A stretch of 64,000 bases of DNA from contig OZ360225.1 of the NCBI GenBank assembly GCA_977017645.1, positions 190,402,001 through 190,466,000 of the forward strand. The letters run 5' to 3'. This DNA comes from Torpedo marmorata. Taxonomy: Eukaryota. The notes under the pieces are model-generated. The model did no database searches, was not told where the DNA came from, and was given only the letters and a program-made list of their open reading frames with translations. The position numbers were made by a program, and so were the translations under genes. Of the stretch, positions 24,464 to 37,600 are shown piece by piece. Every line of letters begins with the position of its first letter. Positions within the stretch are counted from its first letter, which is position 1.

Positions 24464-24504
24464 CATAACTGACGTTTCGGGCTTGAGCCCTTCATCAAAG
24501 TATG
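24464..24504 (-). ncRNA. Minimal hammerhead ribozyme motif
   Basis: Minus strand catactttgatgaagggctcaagcccgaaacgtcagttatg: (U)UGAUGA, stem II gggc/gccc, GAAA, GUC. Confidence 0.65.
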
Positions 24505-24691
24505 AGAAAATGCCGGCAGGTGTCCGAACAAAAGAGTGAGGGGGGGAGGGGGGGGGGTGGCAAAGGCGGAAGATGATAGGTGGAGAAAAGAGGGAGGGGA
24601 CAGCAGCAAAGAGGGGGAGGAGGGATGGCTGGGTGGGTGGAAAAAAACAGGAAGGACAGGTGAGGGGGGAGGGGAAGGAAACGACAAGCAG

Positions 24692-26334
24692 TCTCCAACA
24701 CCATCTCCAACCTCATCACCTTCTGTCACCTCCCCCACACGGCCACCAACCTCATTCTCTCCCACGCCTGCACTGCCCGTTTCTACCTTCTACCCAAGAT
24801 ACACAAACCCAACCAACCGGGCAGACCCATTGTTTCTGCCTGCTCCTGCCCCACCGAACCAGTTTCATCTTACCTTGACTCTATCTTTTCTCCCCTGGTC
24901 CAATCCCGCCCCACCCACATCTGTGACACCTCACATGCCCTCCATCTCCTTAATGACTACAGATTCCCTGAACCGGACCACATCATCTTCACAATGGATG
25001 TCCAATCCCTTTACACCTCTATCCCCCACACAGAAGGTCTGAAAGCACTTCGCTTCATCCTGGACCAAAGACTCGACCAGTCACCCTCTACAACAACCCT
25101 CCTCCGCCTGGCAGAACTTGTTCTCACTCTCAATAACTTCTCCTTTAATTCATCCCACTTCCTACAAATCAAAGGAGTAGCCATAGGTACCCGCATGGGT
25201 CCCAGCTACGCCTGCCTGTTTGTGGGCTTTGTGGAGCAATCCATGCTGCAAGCCTACACAGGCAAGACCCCTCATCTCTTCCTCCGGTATATCGACGACT
25301 ACATTGGGGCTGCCTCATGCACCCACGATGAGCTTGTCAACTTCATCCACTTCACATCCAACTTCCACCCTGACCTCAAACTCACCTGGTCCATCTCCGA
25401 TAGCACTCTCCCCTTCCTGGATCTCTCTGTCTCCATCTCGGGAGACAAGCTTTCCACCGACATATACTACAAACCCTCCAACTCCCACAACTATACTTCC
25501 TCACCCCCTGTCCCCTGCAAGGATTCCATCCCCTTCTCTCAATTTCTCCGTCTCTGCCGCATCTGTTCCCAAGGTGAGGTCTTCCAGTCCAATTCTTCTG
25601 AAATGTCTGCTTTCTTCCACAAACTTGGCTTCCCCTCCACCACCATCAACTCAGCCGTCACCCGCATCTCCTCCATTTCCTGCTCATCTGCCCTGGCCCC
25701 CTCTGCCCCCAGACGCCACAAACATAGAATCCCCCTCATCCTCACCTACCACCCCACCAGCATCCACATCCAACATATTATCCGGGGGAATTTCCGGCAC
25801 TTACTACAGGATCCCACCACCAGACACATTTTTCCTTCTCCTCCCCTCTCGGCCTTCCGCAGGCACCGCTCCCTCCGCGAATCCCTCATGCACTCATCCC
25901 TCCCCACCCATTGCACCCCAAGCCCCTTCCCCTTTGCCCGCAGGAGGTGCAACACTTGCGCCCACACCTCCCCCCTCACCACGGTCCGGGGCCCCAAACA
26001 GGCCTTTCAAGTGAAGCAACACTTCACTTGTACATCCAGAGAACTTATTTACTGCATCCGGTGCTCCCTTTGTGGCATTCTCTACATCGGAGAGACCAGT
26101 CGTAGATTGGGAGATCGCTTCGCTGAGCACCTCCTCTCCGTCCGCAACAACAGCGACCTCCCAGTAGCCAACCATTTCAATTCCGAGTCACCCTCCCACA
26201 CTCACATGTCTGTCCATGGCCTTATGTACTATCCCACCCAGACCACCCACAAATTGGAGGAACACCATCTTATTTTCCGTCTGGGCACTCTCCAGCCCGA
26301 TGGCATTATCATTGACTTTTCTGCTTTCCACTAA
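24692..26334 (+). pseudogene. Penelope RT plus GIY-YIG endonuclease (5'-truncated)
   Basis: MDVQSLYTSIP, GVAIGTRMGP, LRYIDDY, LPFLDL, CTSRELIYCIRCSLCGILYIGETSRRLGDRFAEH. Confidence 0.92.
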
Positions 26335-26518
26335 ACCTGCTTGCCTTTTCCTTCCCCTCCCCCCTTCCCTGTCCTTCCAGTTTTTCCACCCACCCAGCCA
26401 TCCCTTCTCCTCCTCTTTGCTGCTGACCCCTCCCTCCTTTCTCCACCTATCATCTCCTGCCTTTGCCACCCCCCTTCCCCCCCTCACTCTTTTATTCAGA
26501 TGCCTGCCGGCATTTTCT

Positions 26519-26559
26519 CATACTTAGATGAAGGGCTCAAGGCCGAAACGTCGGTTATG
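26519..26559 (+). ncRNA. Minimal hammerhead ribozyme motif (mutated)
   Basis: catacttagatgaagggctcaaggccgaaacgtcggttatg. Confidence 0.55.
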
Positions 26560-26939
26560 TATTTCTACCTTTGCTACATAAAGGACACTGTTTGACCTGC
26601 TGAGCATTTGTGTTTTAACTTCAACCACGGTGTCTAAATATTTTCATGATTTACTTCTTTCACCAACAGGCTTCAAAAAGTTTCTTCCCTGCAGTTACCA
26701 GGCTCCTGAATAAACCCCAATAGGGCTCTCATGCAGCCCTTGCTTGCTGCTAATTGATCTCCCTTTTCATTGTAATCCCATGTCTGTAAATTGAGTTCTT
26801 TACATGAACATACGAAATGTTAAAGATAATCTTTTAGCCTGCTCGCAGCAGAACCCTTCTCATTGCATGAGGTATTTTATGACAACTAATCTTAAACTTA
26901 AAACCTGAGTCAAGCAGAGAAAGATTGCAAGTTGGACCA

Positions 26940-27062
26940 TCCATAAAATATCAAAGATGTACGGGGTTAGAAAGTTAATTGGTCACATGGGTGTGTTGGG
27001 CAGCGTGGGCTCGTGGGCCGGATGGGCCTGTTACCCTGTTGTACCACTAAATTAAAATTAAC
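26940..27062 (+). mobile_element. 3' half of an HE1/V-SINE-like SINE
   Basis: gttaattggtcacatgggtgtg...gggcctgttaccctg tail, as in the SINEs at 51480 and 58478. Confidence 0.6.
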
Positions 27063-27494
27063 ATTTCACTATGTTCCTGCGCAGTGTAATGAATAAGGAT
27101 GTGACCATTATATCTATCAATTTATTGTTCCAATAAGATTTGATTATTAATAAACATTTCTCCTGGATTTACACCACAAGGGAGTATCTGTAAAGGCTGC
27201 TTAAAAGTTCTCTTCCTATTACTTTAACATTTCATTCAATGAAAATATTTTAAAATATTTGAATTTGGAAGGCCATGATGATGTTGCATCGCTCATTTTA
27301 AATGCATTATTTTTCATACACTAAAGTTATTTTGGTTCTTATCAAAATTTGGTTTGCTAATTTTGAGGCTGAATTCCTTTGTGCTTTTAATAGGTACACA
27401 TCAGTCTCCTGTGTGGTCTTTTATTTTAGTACCTTTGGTAATATGCTCACAGCTGATGTTCTATTTTTTGTCCCTGTGAATTTCACATCAGATT

Positions 27495-28225
27495 CTTGTA
27501 CCATGCAGAAGTTGACAATTTCATTAACTTAACTGTCAACTTCAAACCAGCTCTTTACCTGCACATTTTCTGTCATCTCTCTTCCCTTCCTCAACCTCTC
27601 TGTCTCCATCTCAGGGGACAAACTATCCACAGACACCTTTCACTAACCCCACCGACTCTCACATCTACCTAGTGTTTCCTGCAAGGATGCCGTCCCTTTC
27701 TTACAATTCTTTTACCTCCCCTGCATTTCCTCTCAGGGTGAGGCCTTCCGGTGTAGGTCACCCAAAATGTTTCTTTCTTTGCTAAGTGTGGATTTCCCCT
27801 TAATTTCATTGATAAAGCTCATATGCATAACTCTTCTGTTTCTCGAACTTCCCTCATTTCTCCCCAGGTAGGACAAGACCAGTGTCCCTCTGGTCCTCAC
27901 TTTTTACCCCTCCAGCCTCTTCTTCCAACATGTGGTCCTCCATCACTTCAGCTAATTTCAGCGCGATCCCACTATCAGCCACATCCTGCCACCCCTATCT
28001 GCTTTTTGAGGGGATGTATCTCCAAGACTCTCTAATCTGTGCAAAACTCTAACCCACCCTTCCAACCCCTCAGGCATTGTAATCAGAGAAAGTGCAAAAC
28101 ATATCCCTACATAAGGCCATAACCAAACCTTACAGGTGAGGCAGAACTTTACATGCTCATCGTCCAACTGAAACTACTGCGTTTGGTGTACTTGGTGTGG
28201 CTTTCTCTACATTGGTAAGACCTCC
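27495..28225 (+). mobile_element. Decayed Penelope ORF fragment
   Basis: ctctctgtctccatctcaggggacaaactatccac and caggtgaggcagaactttacatgc parallel 25420-26100. Confidence 0.75.
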
Positions 28226-28265
28226 CTTCTGGACAGACTGAACATCTTATACACACAATTCGAAA

Positions 28266-31200
28266 AGAACACAGAACATAGAACACTACAGCACAGTACA
28301 GGCCCTTCGGCCCTTGATGTTGTGCCGACCCATATATTCCTTTAAAAAAAATACTAAACCCTCCCTACCCCGTAACCCTCTATGTTTCTTTCATCCATGT
28401 GTCTGTCTAAGAGTCTCTTAAATGCCCCTAATGTTTCAGCCTCCACCACCATCCCTGGCAAGGCATTCCAGGCACCCACAACTCTCTGTGTAAAAAACTT
28501 ACCCCTGATGTCTCCCCTAAACTTCCCTCGCTTAACTTTGTACATACATATGTCCTCTGGTGTTTGCTGGTCCTGCCCTGGGAAACAGGTGCTGGCTGTC
28601 CACCCTATCTATGACTCTCATAATCTTGTAGACCTCTATCAAGTCTCCTCTCATTCTTCTACGCTCCAAAGAGAAAAGTCCCAGCTCTGTTAACCTTGCC
28701 TCATAAGACTTGTTTTCCAATTCAGGCAACATCCTGGTAAATCTCCTCTGCACCCTCTCCATAGCTTCCACATCCTTCCTATAATGAGGTGACCAGAACT
28801 GAACACAATACTCTAAGTGTGGTCTTACCAGAGATTTGTAGAGTTGCAACATGACCTCTCTACTCTTGAGCTCAATCCCCCTATTAATGAAGCCCAGCAT
28901 CCCATAGGCCTTCTTAACTATCCTATCAACCTGTGCGGCGACCTTGAGGAATGTATGGATTTGGACCCCAAGGTCCCTCTGTTCATCCACACTCTTAAAT
29001 AACCGACCATTAACCCTGTACTCAGTCTTCTGGTTTGTCCTTCCAAAATTCATCACCTCACACTTATCCGGATTGAACTCCATCTGCCACATTTCTGCCC
29101 AACTCTGCATCCTGTCTATATTCTCTTGAAAACATCGACAACCTACAGCTCCATCTACAATTCCTCCAACCTTCGTGTCACTGCAAACTTACTGACCCAT
29201 CGTTCCACCTCATCATCCAGGTCATTTATAAACATCACAAAGAGCAGGCGTCCCAGAACAGATCCTTGTGGTTCTCCACTAGTCACCGACCTCCAGGCAG
29301 AATACTTTCCTTCCACTACTACTCTCTTCTTTCTACCTGCAAGCCAATTTTTTATCCACACAGCCAAGGTTCCACTGATCCCATGCCTCATGACTTTCTG
29401 GATGAGTCTCTCTTGGGGGACCTTGTCAAATGCCTTTCTAAAATCCATGTAGACCACATCTACCGCCCTACCCTCATCAATTTCTTTTGTTACCTCCTCA
29501 AAAACTCAATTAGGCTCGTGAGGCATGACCATCCCTTCACAAACCCATGCTGACTCTCCTTGAGTAGACTGTACTTCTCCAAATGCTCATAGATCCTATC
29601 CTTAAGAATCCTCTCCAATAGTTTGCACACGACTGACGTAAGACTCACCGGTCTATAATTCCCAGGATTCTGCCTATTACCTTTTTTAAACAAGGGGACT
29701 ACATTTGCCATTCCCCAATCCTTCGGCTCCTCCCCTGCAGCCAAAGAGGATTCAAAGATCATAGCTACTGCCCCAGCTATCTCTTCTCTCACTTCCCACA
29801 GCAGCCTGGGGTATATTGCGTCCGGCCCCGGGGACTTATCAATCTTGATGTTTTTAAGAAGATCCAACACTTCCTCTTCCTTAATCTCCACATTGTCCAG
29901 CACACAGGCCTGTTCTATTTCGACCTCACCCTGATCAAGGTCCTTTACTCTTGTGAATACTGAAACAAAGTTTTCATTTAGGACCTCCCCAACCTCCTCC
30001 GCCTCCAGGCACATGTTGCCTCCTTTATCAGCCCCACCTTCATCCTCGTTATCCTTCTGTTCTTCATATACGCATAGAACGCCTGGGGTTCTCCTTAATC
30101 CTACATGCCAAGGTCTTCTCATGCCCCCTTTGAGCTCTCCTAAGTCCTTTCTTAAGCTCCTTCCTGGCTACCATATATTTCTCATGAGCCCTTCCTGTTT
30201 CCTGCTTCCTATATCTAACATATGCTTCCTTCTTCCTCTTGACTAATTGCCTCACCTGTTTCGTCAGCCACAGTTCCCATTTTTTCCTTGTTCCAGGGGG
30301 ACAAACCTATCCTGAACCCTGCACAAGTGGTCCCTAAACTTCCTCCACGTTACTTCTGTGCTTTCACCCTTGAACATCTGTTTCCAATTTACTCTCACTA
30401 GTTCCTGCCTCATCCTTTCATAATTAGCCCTTCCCCAGTTAAGCACTTTCCCATTTTGTCTGTTTTTATCCTTTTCCATAGCTATGCTGAAGCTAAGGGA
30501 GTTGTGGTCACTCTCACCAAAATGCTCCCCCACCGAGAGGTCCGCCTCCTGACCAGGTCGGCTGGTCCACATACTGTGTCAGGAATCCTTCTTGAATGCT
30601 CCTGACAAATTCAGCCCCGTCTATCCCTCTTGCAGTCAGGAGGTGCCAGTCAATATTAGGGAAGTTGAAATCACCCATAACTACAACCCTACATTTCCCA
30701 CACCATTCCAAAATCTGCCTGCTTATCTGCTCCTCGGTGTCCCGAGGGCTATTTGGGGGCCTATAGACTACTCCCAACACAGTGATAGCTCCCTTCCTAT
30801 TTCTGACTTCCACCCACACCGACTCAGTAGACACTCCCTCTGCAGCGTCCTCCCTTTCTATAGCCGTGATACTATCCCTGACCAGTAATGCTACTCTACC
30901 CCTTTTCTACCTCCCATCCTATTCCTTTTAAAACACTTAAACCCCGGTGGTACCTGCATCAGCCAATCCTGCCCTTCCTCCAGCCAAGTTTCAGTAACGG
31001 CCACAACATCGTAGTTCCACGTACTGATCTATGCTCTGTTCATCCCCTTTATTCCTAATACTCCTTGTGTTGAAATAGACACATTTCAACCCCCCTAACT
31101 GGCTATATTTATGTTTTGTCCCCTGCCTGTCCTTCCTCACCAACTCAGAACACATAGCATCATGCTTTTGTCCTTCTACCTTAATCTCTGCACTCACATA

Positions 31201-31870
31201 CTGATTCCCACCCCCCTGCAAAACTAGTTTAAACCTTCCCCAACAGCTCTAGCAAACCTGCCCGCCAGGATATTGGTCCCTCTCCAGTTCAGGTGCAGCC
31301 CGTCCTTTTTGTACAGGTCAGACCTTCCCCAGAAGAGATCCCAACGATCAAGAAATCTGAACCCCTGCCCCCTGCACCAACTCTTCAGCCACGCATTCAT
31401 CTGCCACCACTTCCTGTTCCTACCCTCTCTGGCGCGTGGCACAGGCAGCAATCCTGAGATTACCACCCTTGAGGTCCTGCTTTTTACCTTCTTTCCTAAC
31501 TCCCTATATTTCCTCTTCAGGACCTCATCCCTACTCCTATCTATGTCATTGGTCCCCATGTGGACCACGACATCTGGCTGCTCACCCTCCTCCTCCAAAA
31601 TGTTATGAACTCGATCAGAGACATCCCTGACCCTGGCACCAGGATGGCAACATACCATCCGGGAGCTCGATCTCATTCACCAAATTTCCTATCTGCTCTC
31701 CTAACCAATGAGTCCCCAATTACTATAGCACTCCTCTTCTCCCCCCTTCCCTTCTGAGCCGATGGGCCAGCCTCTGTGCCAGAGATGTGACCACCACGAC
31801 TTGTCCCTGGTAGATCGTCCCCCCCAACAGTATCCAAAACAGTATACTTGTTGTTGAGAAGAATAGGTTG
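28266..31870 (-). mobile_element. Near full-length decayed CR1 LINE with SGNH-esterase ORF1 and EN-RT ORF2
   Basis: IVIGDSLVR, VHMGTNDI, KDGLHLN (esterase); VVYRPPN, MGDFNFP, GESDHN (EN); NYRPVSLTS, DFRKAFDKV, LVRPHLEYC; (catagaa) tail. Confidence 0.93.
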
Positions 31871-31935
31871 ACCCAAAAGAAATCTCTGTTTCCCCCTGAA
31901 GATCAGGCCCCTTGCATAGATGCGGCCGAGTGCTA

Positions 31936-32540
31936 TCATATAACCATATATAACCATATAACAATTACAGCACGGAAACAGGCCTTTAGGCCCTTCTAGT
32001 CCGCACCGAACCAAACACTCCTCTCTAGTCCCACCTACCAGCACCCTGCCCATAACCCTCCACCTCCTTCTCATCCATATACCTGTCCAACTTTTTCTTA
32101 AATAATAAAATTGACTCTGCCGCCACTACTTCTCCCGGAAGCTCATTCCACACCGCTACAACTCTCTGAGTAAAGAAGTTCCCCCTCATGTTACCTCTAA
32201 ACCTCTGCCCCTTAACTCTTAACTCATGTCCTCTTGTTTCAATCTCTCCTACTCTTAACGGAAATAGTTTATCCACATCCACTCTGTCTATCCCTTTCAT
32301 AATCTTAAATACCTCTATCAAATCCCCTCTCAACCTTCTACGCTCCAAAGAATAAAGACCTAATCTGCTCAATCTCTCCTTGTACTCTACATGCTTAAAC
32401 CCAGGTAACATTCTGGTAAATCTTCTCTGCACTCTCTCCACTCTGTTGATATCCTTCCTATAATTTGGCGACCAGAACTGCACACAGAACTCTAAACTAG
32501 GCCGCACCAACACCTTATATAATCTCAACATCACTTCCCA
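31936..32540 (-). mobile_element. CR1 3' fragment
   Basis: LVRPSLEFCVQFWSP, SLERRRLRGDL; (aaccatat)n tail, as in the 6062-7094 subfamily. Confidence 0.88.
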
Positions 32541-32544
32541 CACA

Positions 32545-33110
32545 AGGCAGCAGGACCTGACCACATACCTGGTCGGGTACTGAAGGACTGTGCAGGCCAA
32601 TTGACGGAGGTCCCTAAGGACATCTTCAACATGTTTTTGCAGCAGTCCATTGTCCCCGCAGGGTTCAGCCACCATCATCCCAGTACCCAAGAGGGTACTC
32701 TTGTACACAATGCCTGGCCAATGAAGGCCAGCATGCCTTCTTCACCACTCTGTCTCCCTGTGCTACCACTTTCAGGGAACTATGTAATTATACTCCCAGG
32801 TTTCTCTGTCATTTACTGTGTTAGTGTTGCCTTGATTTAACTTCCAAAAGTGCAACATCTTGCATTTGTCTGAGTTAAATTCCATTTGCCATTTGATGGC
32901 CCAGTTTCACAGTTCTGCTCTAATCTTAGAGAATCATTTTCCATGTCCACTATATCATCAAATTTGGTTTCATCCCATACTTACCAACCATACTAATTAT
33001 ATTCTCATTCAAATCTTTTATATAGATGACAGTCAGCAGTGGACCCAGCACCAACTCCAATAGGACATCTCCAACCATAGGCCTCCAATCTGAAAAACAA
33101 CCCCCCACCG
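32545..33110. mobile_element. Short Rex1 fragment (+, to about 32695) followed by decayed CR1 (-)
   Basis: [20 protein letters not shown]; then ttgcatttgtctgagttaaattccatttgcc, the CR1 WQMEFN region in antisense. Confidence 0.65.
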
Positions 33111-34084
33111 CCACCCCCTAATGAGACATTAAATAAAGGCTTCATCCATTCTTTCAGATGGATGCAGAATTTCCCCTGGTGTGATTTTGAAGAAAAGTAG
33201 TAGAACTATTTCTGGCGTCCCAGTTATACCTTATCTCTCAGCCAACATCACAAACATAGAGTGGTTATTTTCATGTCGCTGTTTCTTGGAGGTTGCAGAA
33301 ATCAGATGCCTTATTTCTTAAATTACAATGATAACTATACTTCAAATAAATAAATGCCAGATTTTCACTTTTTTAAATTAATTTTAATGGACTGATATGA
33401 TACCTCCAGTGGGTGTAAGTGCGGATTTCTGAATTTGAGCTCTTCCACAGCATCCCTTTGCACTGTAAGCACATATTTATAAAATAGCCTCTCACAGCCT
33501 TTGGAAATGCTTTTTAAATGTTCACAATACTGCAAGTACAAAGAGAGATACTCCAGGGCTGTCTTACCAAGATATGTTTGAATTCCTGACAACCATAGCC
33601 AGCAAGTGTGGACGTCTGAACTCAAACCATCACTGTCCTTAGAGCAAGAAACCATATCAGCTTACCTTCAGGAGTATCACATCCAACCAGTCGAATAAAT
33701 GAATTCATGACTTGACAGTCATCCAACGATGAGCTCATCCATCGAGTCTATCCCATATTGTCAAAGTCTTGCTGTGTATTCTGCTGCTCATCATGTCTGT
33801 GGTCATTTGGACTGCCAGCACCTGGCCTGTGGTCTGGCAGACTGCTGCTCTTCAAGTGCACATCCATGTACATTTCAACTGCAATGTCAGAACTCGACAA
33901 ACTTCCACATTGATCAATCTTTTGAGTAGTGGGTTTCAGACCCTGATCACCCAATGAGTGAAAATAGAATCATAGAACCCCTAAGATCCCTTTTAAATCT
34001 TTCTGCTCTCACTTGAAATGTATGCCCTCGAGTTTTAGATTCCCTGCCCCTGGGAAAGAGACCATGACTATTTACCTCTCATGA

Positions 34085-34550
34085 GGTTGGTGCTGCGCAA
34101 TTGCACAGCAAAAGGAGGTGTAAGGCGCTCCTTTCATCCGATAGTCTAGAGGTCACCCTTGGGCAAGGTGTAATACCTTTTTAGCTTCCCAATCAGGGTC
34201 ACGTGAAGCCATGGATTGCAGATGGTGGATGGTTTATACAAGCAGATTCTACAAATTGGAATTTATGGTTGTGAAACTAAAAACGCTGGGCAGATGAATC
34301 TGCTGATCAATGGGCAGGATTACCCGTCCAGTATGGACACTGCAATTGAAGAAGGCAACGGGAAACCACTTCAGTATTTTTCCCTTGTATAATCATGAAC
34401 TCAACATCGACTACGGTCTCAGCTCAAAGATGGAGCCTTCACCGAAGGAGAACAGGGGAGGCAACAACTACAATTCGGAGGGTCAGAGATCGTGACGGAT
34501 GGAGAGACATGATCGCCCACGCCGAACGGCAAGGCACCTGAATGAATGAT
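34085..34550 (+). mobile_element. Unclassified SINE-like insertion inside a CR1 3' remnant
   Basis: Interrupts CR1 antisense sequence (33970-34080 and 34550-34640); ends in a tgaatgaatgatga tail. Confidence 0.4.
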
Positions 34551-34664
34551 GATTGTATAAACCTCTGCAAGGTCCCACCTTAGCCTTTAATGCTCCAGGG
34601 AGAGAAGTCCCAGCCTATCCAGTCTCTCCTTATAATTCAAAATTTCCAAACCGGTTAAAAAAAA

Positions 34665-37600
34665 TATGATGGCGTGGCTCCTTTCTATGGCGATTCTGCA
34701 TGCTTCTCTGATTGCAATCATCATATTCCCATTTAGAATTACTACGGCTGGGATCTTCAGTCACGGACACTGATACACCAATAAGCAACATTGTGTTAAG
34801 AGGGTTAAACAATCTATTGATCTTCAGAAACAGCAAACTCCAGACCGCAGATGATCCAGGAAGCCAGTGCACGTTCCCTTTAAGAAAGATCCAATCACAC
34901 GGACGCAGAGGGGGGCTACAGGTAAAACTAAAACACTGGGCCCTGAGGCCTCCACTCCCTACCATCTTCCTAGCTAATGAACAGTCTTTGGAAAATAAAC
35001 TTGACAAACTCCGAGCATGATTACAGCAGCAGAGGGACATCAGGGATTGCTGTGTGATGTCTTTCATTGAAATGTGGCTGAATGAAAGCATCCCAGACAC
35101 AACGCTGCAGCCCGAAGGCTTCATCTTCCATCATGTGGACCGGACACAGGCGTCAGGTAAAGGCAGCGGCATTTGCTTCATCATCAATTCATCGTGGTGC
35201 ACAAATGTAATGGATATGTCTCAGTCTTCGACCTGGAATGTCAGCCAATCAAGTGCAGTCCATTCTATCTGCCGACGGAGTTTTCTGCCATCATCCTGGT
35301 AATTGTGTACATTCCACCCAAGGCTAACAACAGGCTGGCATTGGAGGGGCTGACCACTGTGATCAGCAGCCATGAGACAGTACACCCTGATGCCTTCCCG
35401 ATCATTGTAGAGGACTTCAACCAGGCCAGCTTGAAGAGTCTCTGACAAACTGCTATCAACGTAATACCTGTGCAACCAGAGGAGCCAACATACTTGACCA
35501 CTGTTACACCACCATCAGGAAAGCTTATCGTGCCATCTCATGCCTGCACTTTGGCAAATCTGACAACCTGGCTGTATTCTACTCCCGGCAGACAAGCAGA
35601 GACTGAGGAGTGCAGCACCAGTGGTGAAGACGGTGAAATTATGGTTGAAGGATGTGAAGAAGCACCCGCAGGACTGCTTAAAATCGGTGGACTGAACCAT
35701 ATTCAAGGATTCACCTTCAGATTTGAACTTCATCAGGACTTGTGTGGATGCACGTGTGCCTTTGCGTTCATATCGAGAGTACCCCAAACAAAAACCGTGG
35801 ATGAACCAAAGGATTCACAGCCTGCTGAGGGCTAGGTCAATGACGTTCAAGACCGGTGATCCAGAACTCTATAGGAAGACCAGGTACAGAAGACTATCTA
35901 AACAACAAAGAAGCAATTCTGAGAGAAGTTAGAAACAGAATCAGATGCTCACCAGCTATGGCAGGGATTGCAGGCCATTAAGTCCTATAAGGCGAAGCCT
36001 AGCATCATAAATGGCTGTGATGCTTCACTCTCCGATGAGCTGAACACCTTTTATGCTCACTTTGAAAAGGAGGGTTCAACTGTGAGAATCTCCGCAGAAA
36101 CTGGTGACCCTGTGATATCTGTTTCAGAGGTTAACGTCAAAACATCTTTCAAGAGGGTGATCTCTTGTTAGGCGTGAGGCCCTGATGGCGTACCTTGCAG
36201 AGTACTGAAAATCTGTGCCAACCAACTAGCTGGAGTGTTCACAGACATTTTCAATCTCACTGCTGCAGTTGGAGGTTCCCACCTGCTTCAGAAGGGTATC
36301 AATCAACCAAGAAGAATGGAGTGAGCTGCCTCAATGACTATCACCCAGTAGCATTCACATCCACTCTAATGAAATGCTTTGAGAGGTTGGTCATCACAAG
36401 ATCACAAGATCACAAGATATAGGAGCAGAAGTAGACTCATTGGCCCATCGAATCTGCTTCGCCATTCTAATCATGAGCTGATCCATCCTCCCACTCAGCT
36501 CCACTCCTTGGCTTTCTCCCTGATGCCTTGACTAATCAAATACCTGTCAATCTCTGCCTTAAATACACCCAACGACCTCGCTTCCACAGCCATCTGTGGC
36601 AACAAGCTCCACAGACTCATGACCATCTGACTAAAGAATTTTTTACGCATCTCTGTTATAATTGACGCCTTTTTATCCTGAAATTAAGATTCAAGAATCA
36701 AGATTGAAGATTCAATTTATTGACATGTAATAAAGACAGTGCAATATTAAACAAAATTTGTTTTTGTTTGTTGTAAGGCAGACAGATTCGCCATTGGCAG
36801 AAATTGGCTGAAGCGCCTCTTACAGTCAGAGAAAGAGAAGCAAGTGTCCATGGATTCACCTCCAGTGCTCCCGCAGCCCCTGCAGCCACATAGTGTCCAG
36901 TCCAAACCATCAGCAGCCTGAGTTCCAGATCCGAACCTCGGACACGATCAGGAACCCTTCAGGGCCCTCGGCACCCTTTCTTGTTCTAGAATCCCCAACC
37001 ATGGGAAACATCCTTGTCAGATCTACTCAGGCCTTTCAGCATTCAAAATGTCTCTATGAGGTCCCCCCTCATCCAACGAGTACAGTCCAAGAGCCGTCAA
37101 TCGTTCCTCATATGCTAACCATTTTATTCCTGGTATCATTCTAGTAAATCTTCTCTGAGCCCTCTCCAACGCCCGCACGTCTTTTCTCAAATAAGGTGCA
37201 CAAAACTGTATATAGTACTCCAAGTGAGGTCTCACCAGTGCTCTATAGAGTCTCAACATTAAATACCAGCTCTTATATGCTATTCCTCTAGAAATGAATG
37301 CCAACATTCATTTGCCTTCTTCGCTACTGACTTATGGCCAGAATTAACTTGTACTTAGGCAAAGACCTGGACCAACTGCAATTTGCCTACCGCCATAATT
37401 GTTCCACAGCAGATGCAATCTCACTGGCTCTCCACACAGCCCTGAATCACTTGGACAGCTTCAATACCTACATCAAACTGATTTTCATTAATTATAGTTC
37501 AGCTTTCAACACCATCATCCCCCAGTACTGGTCAGCAAGCTTCAAAACCTGGGCCTCTGTACCTCCCTCTGCAACTGGATCCTTGACTTCCTCATCGGAA

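Larger units (their letters stand above)
24361..26654 (+). mobile_element. Penelope-like element with inverted terminal pseudo-LTRs
   Basis: 24361-24691 is the reverse complement of about 26337-26654; central RT and GIY-YIG ORF. Confidence 0.92.

Noticed and set aside
25220-26014. 264-aa Pro/Ser-rich ORF
   Set aside because: Alternate frame of the C-rich Penelope ORF
32025-32708. 227-aa ORF as a new fusion gene
   Set aside because: Antisense Rex1 fragment abutting a CR1 3' fragment
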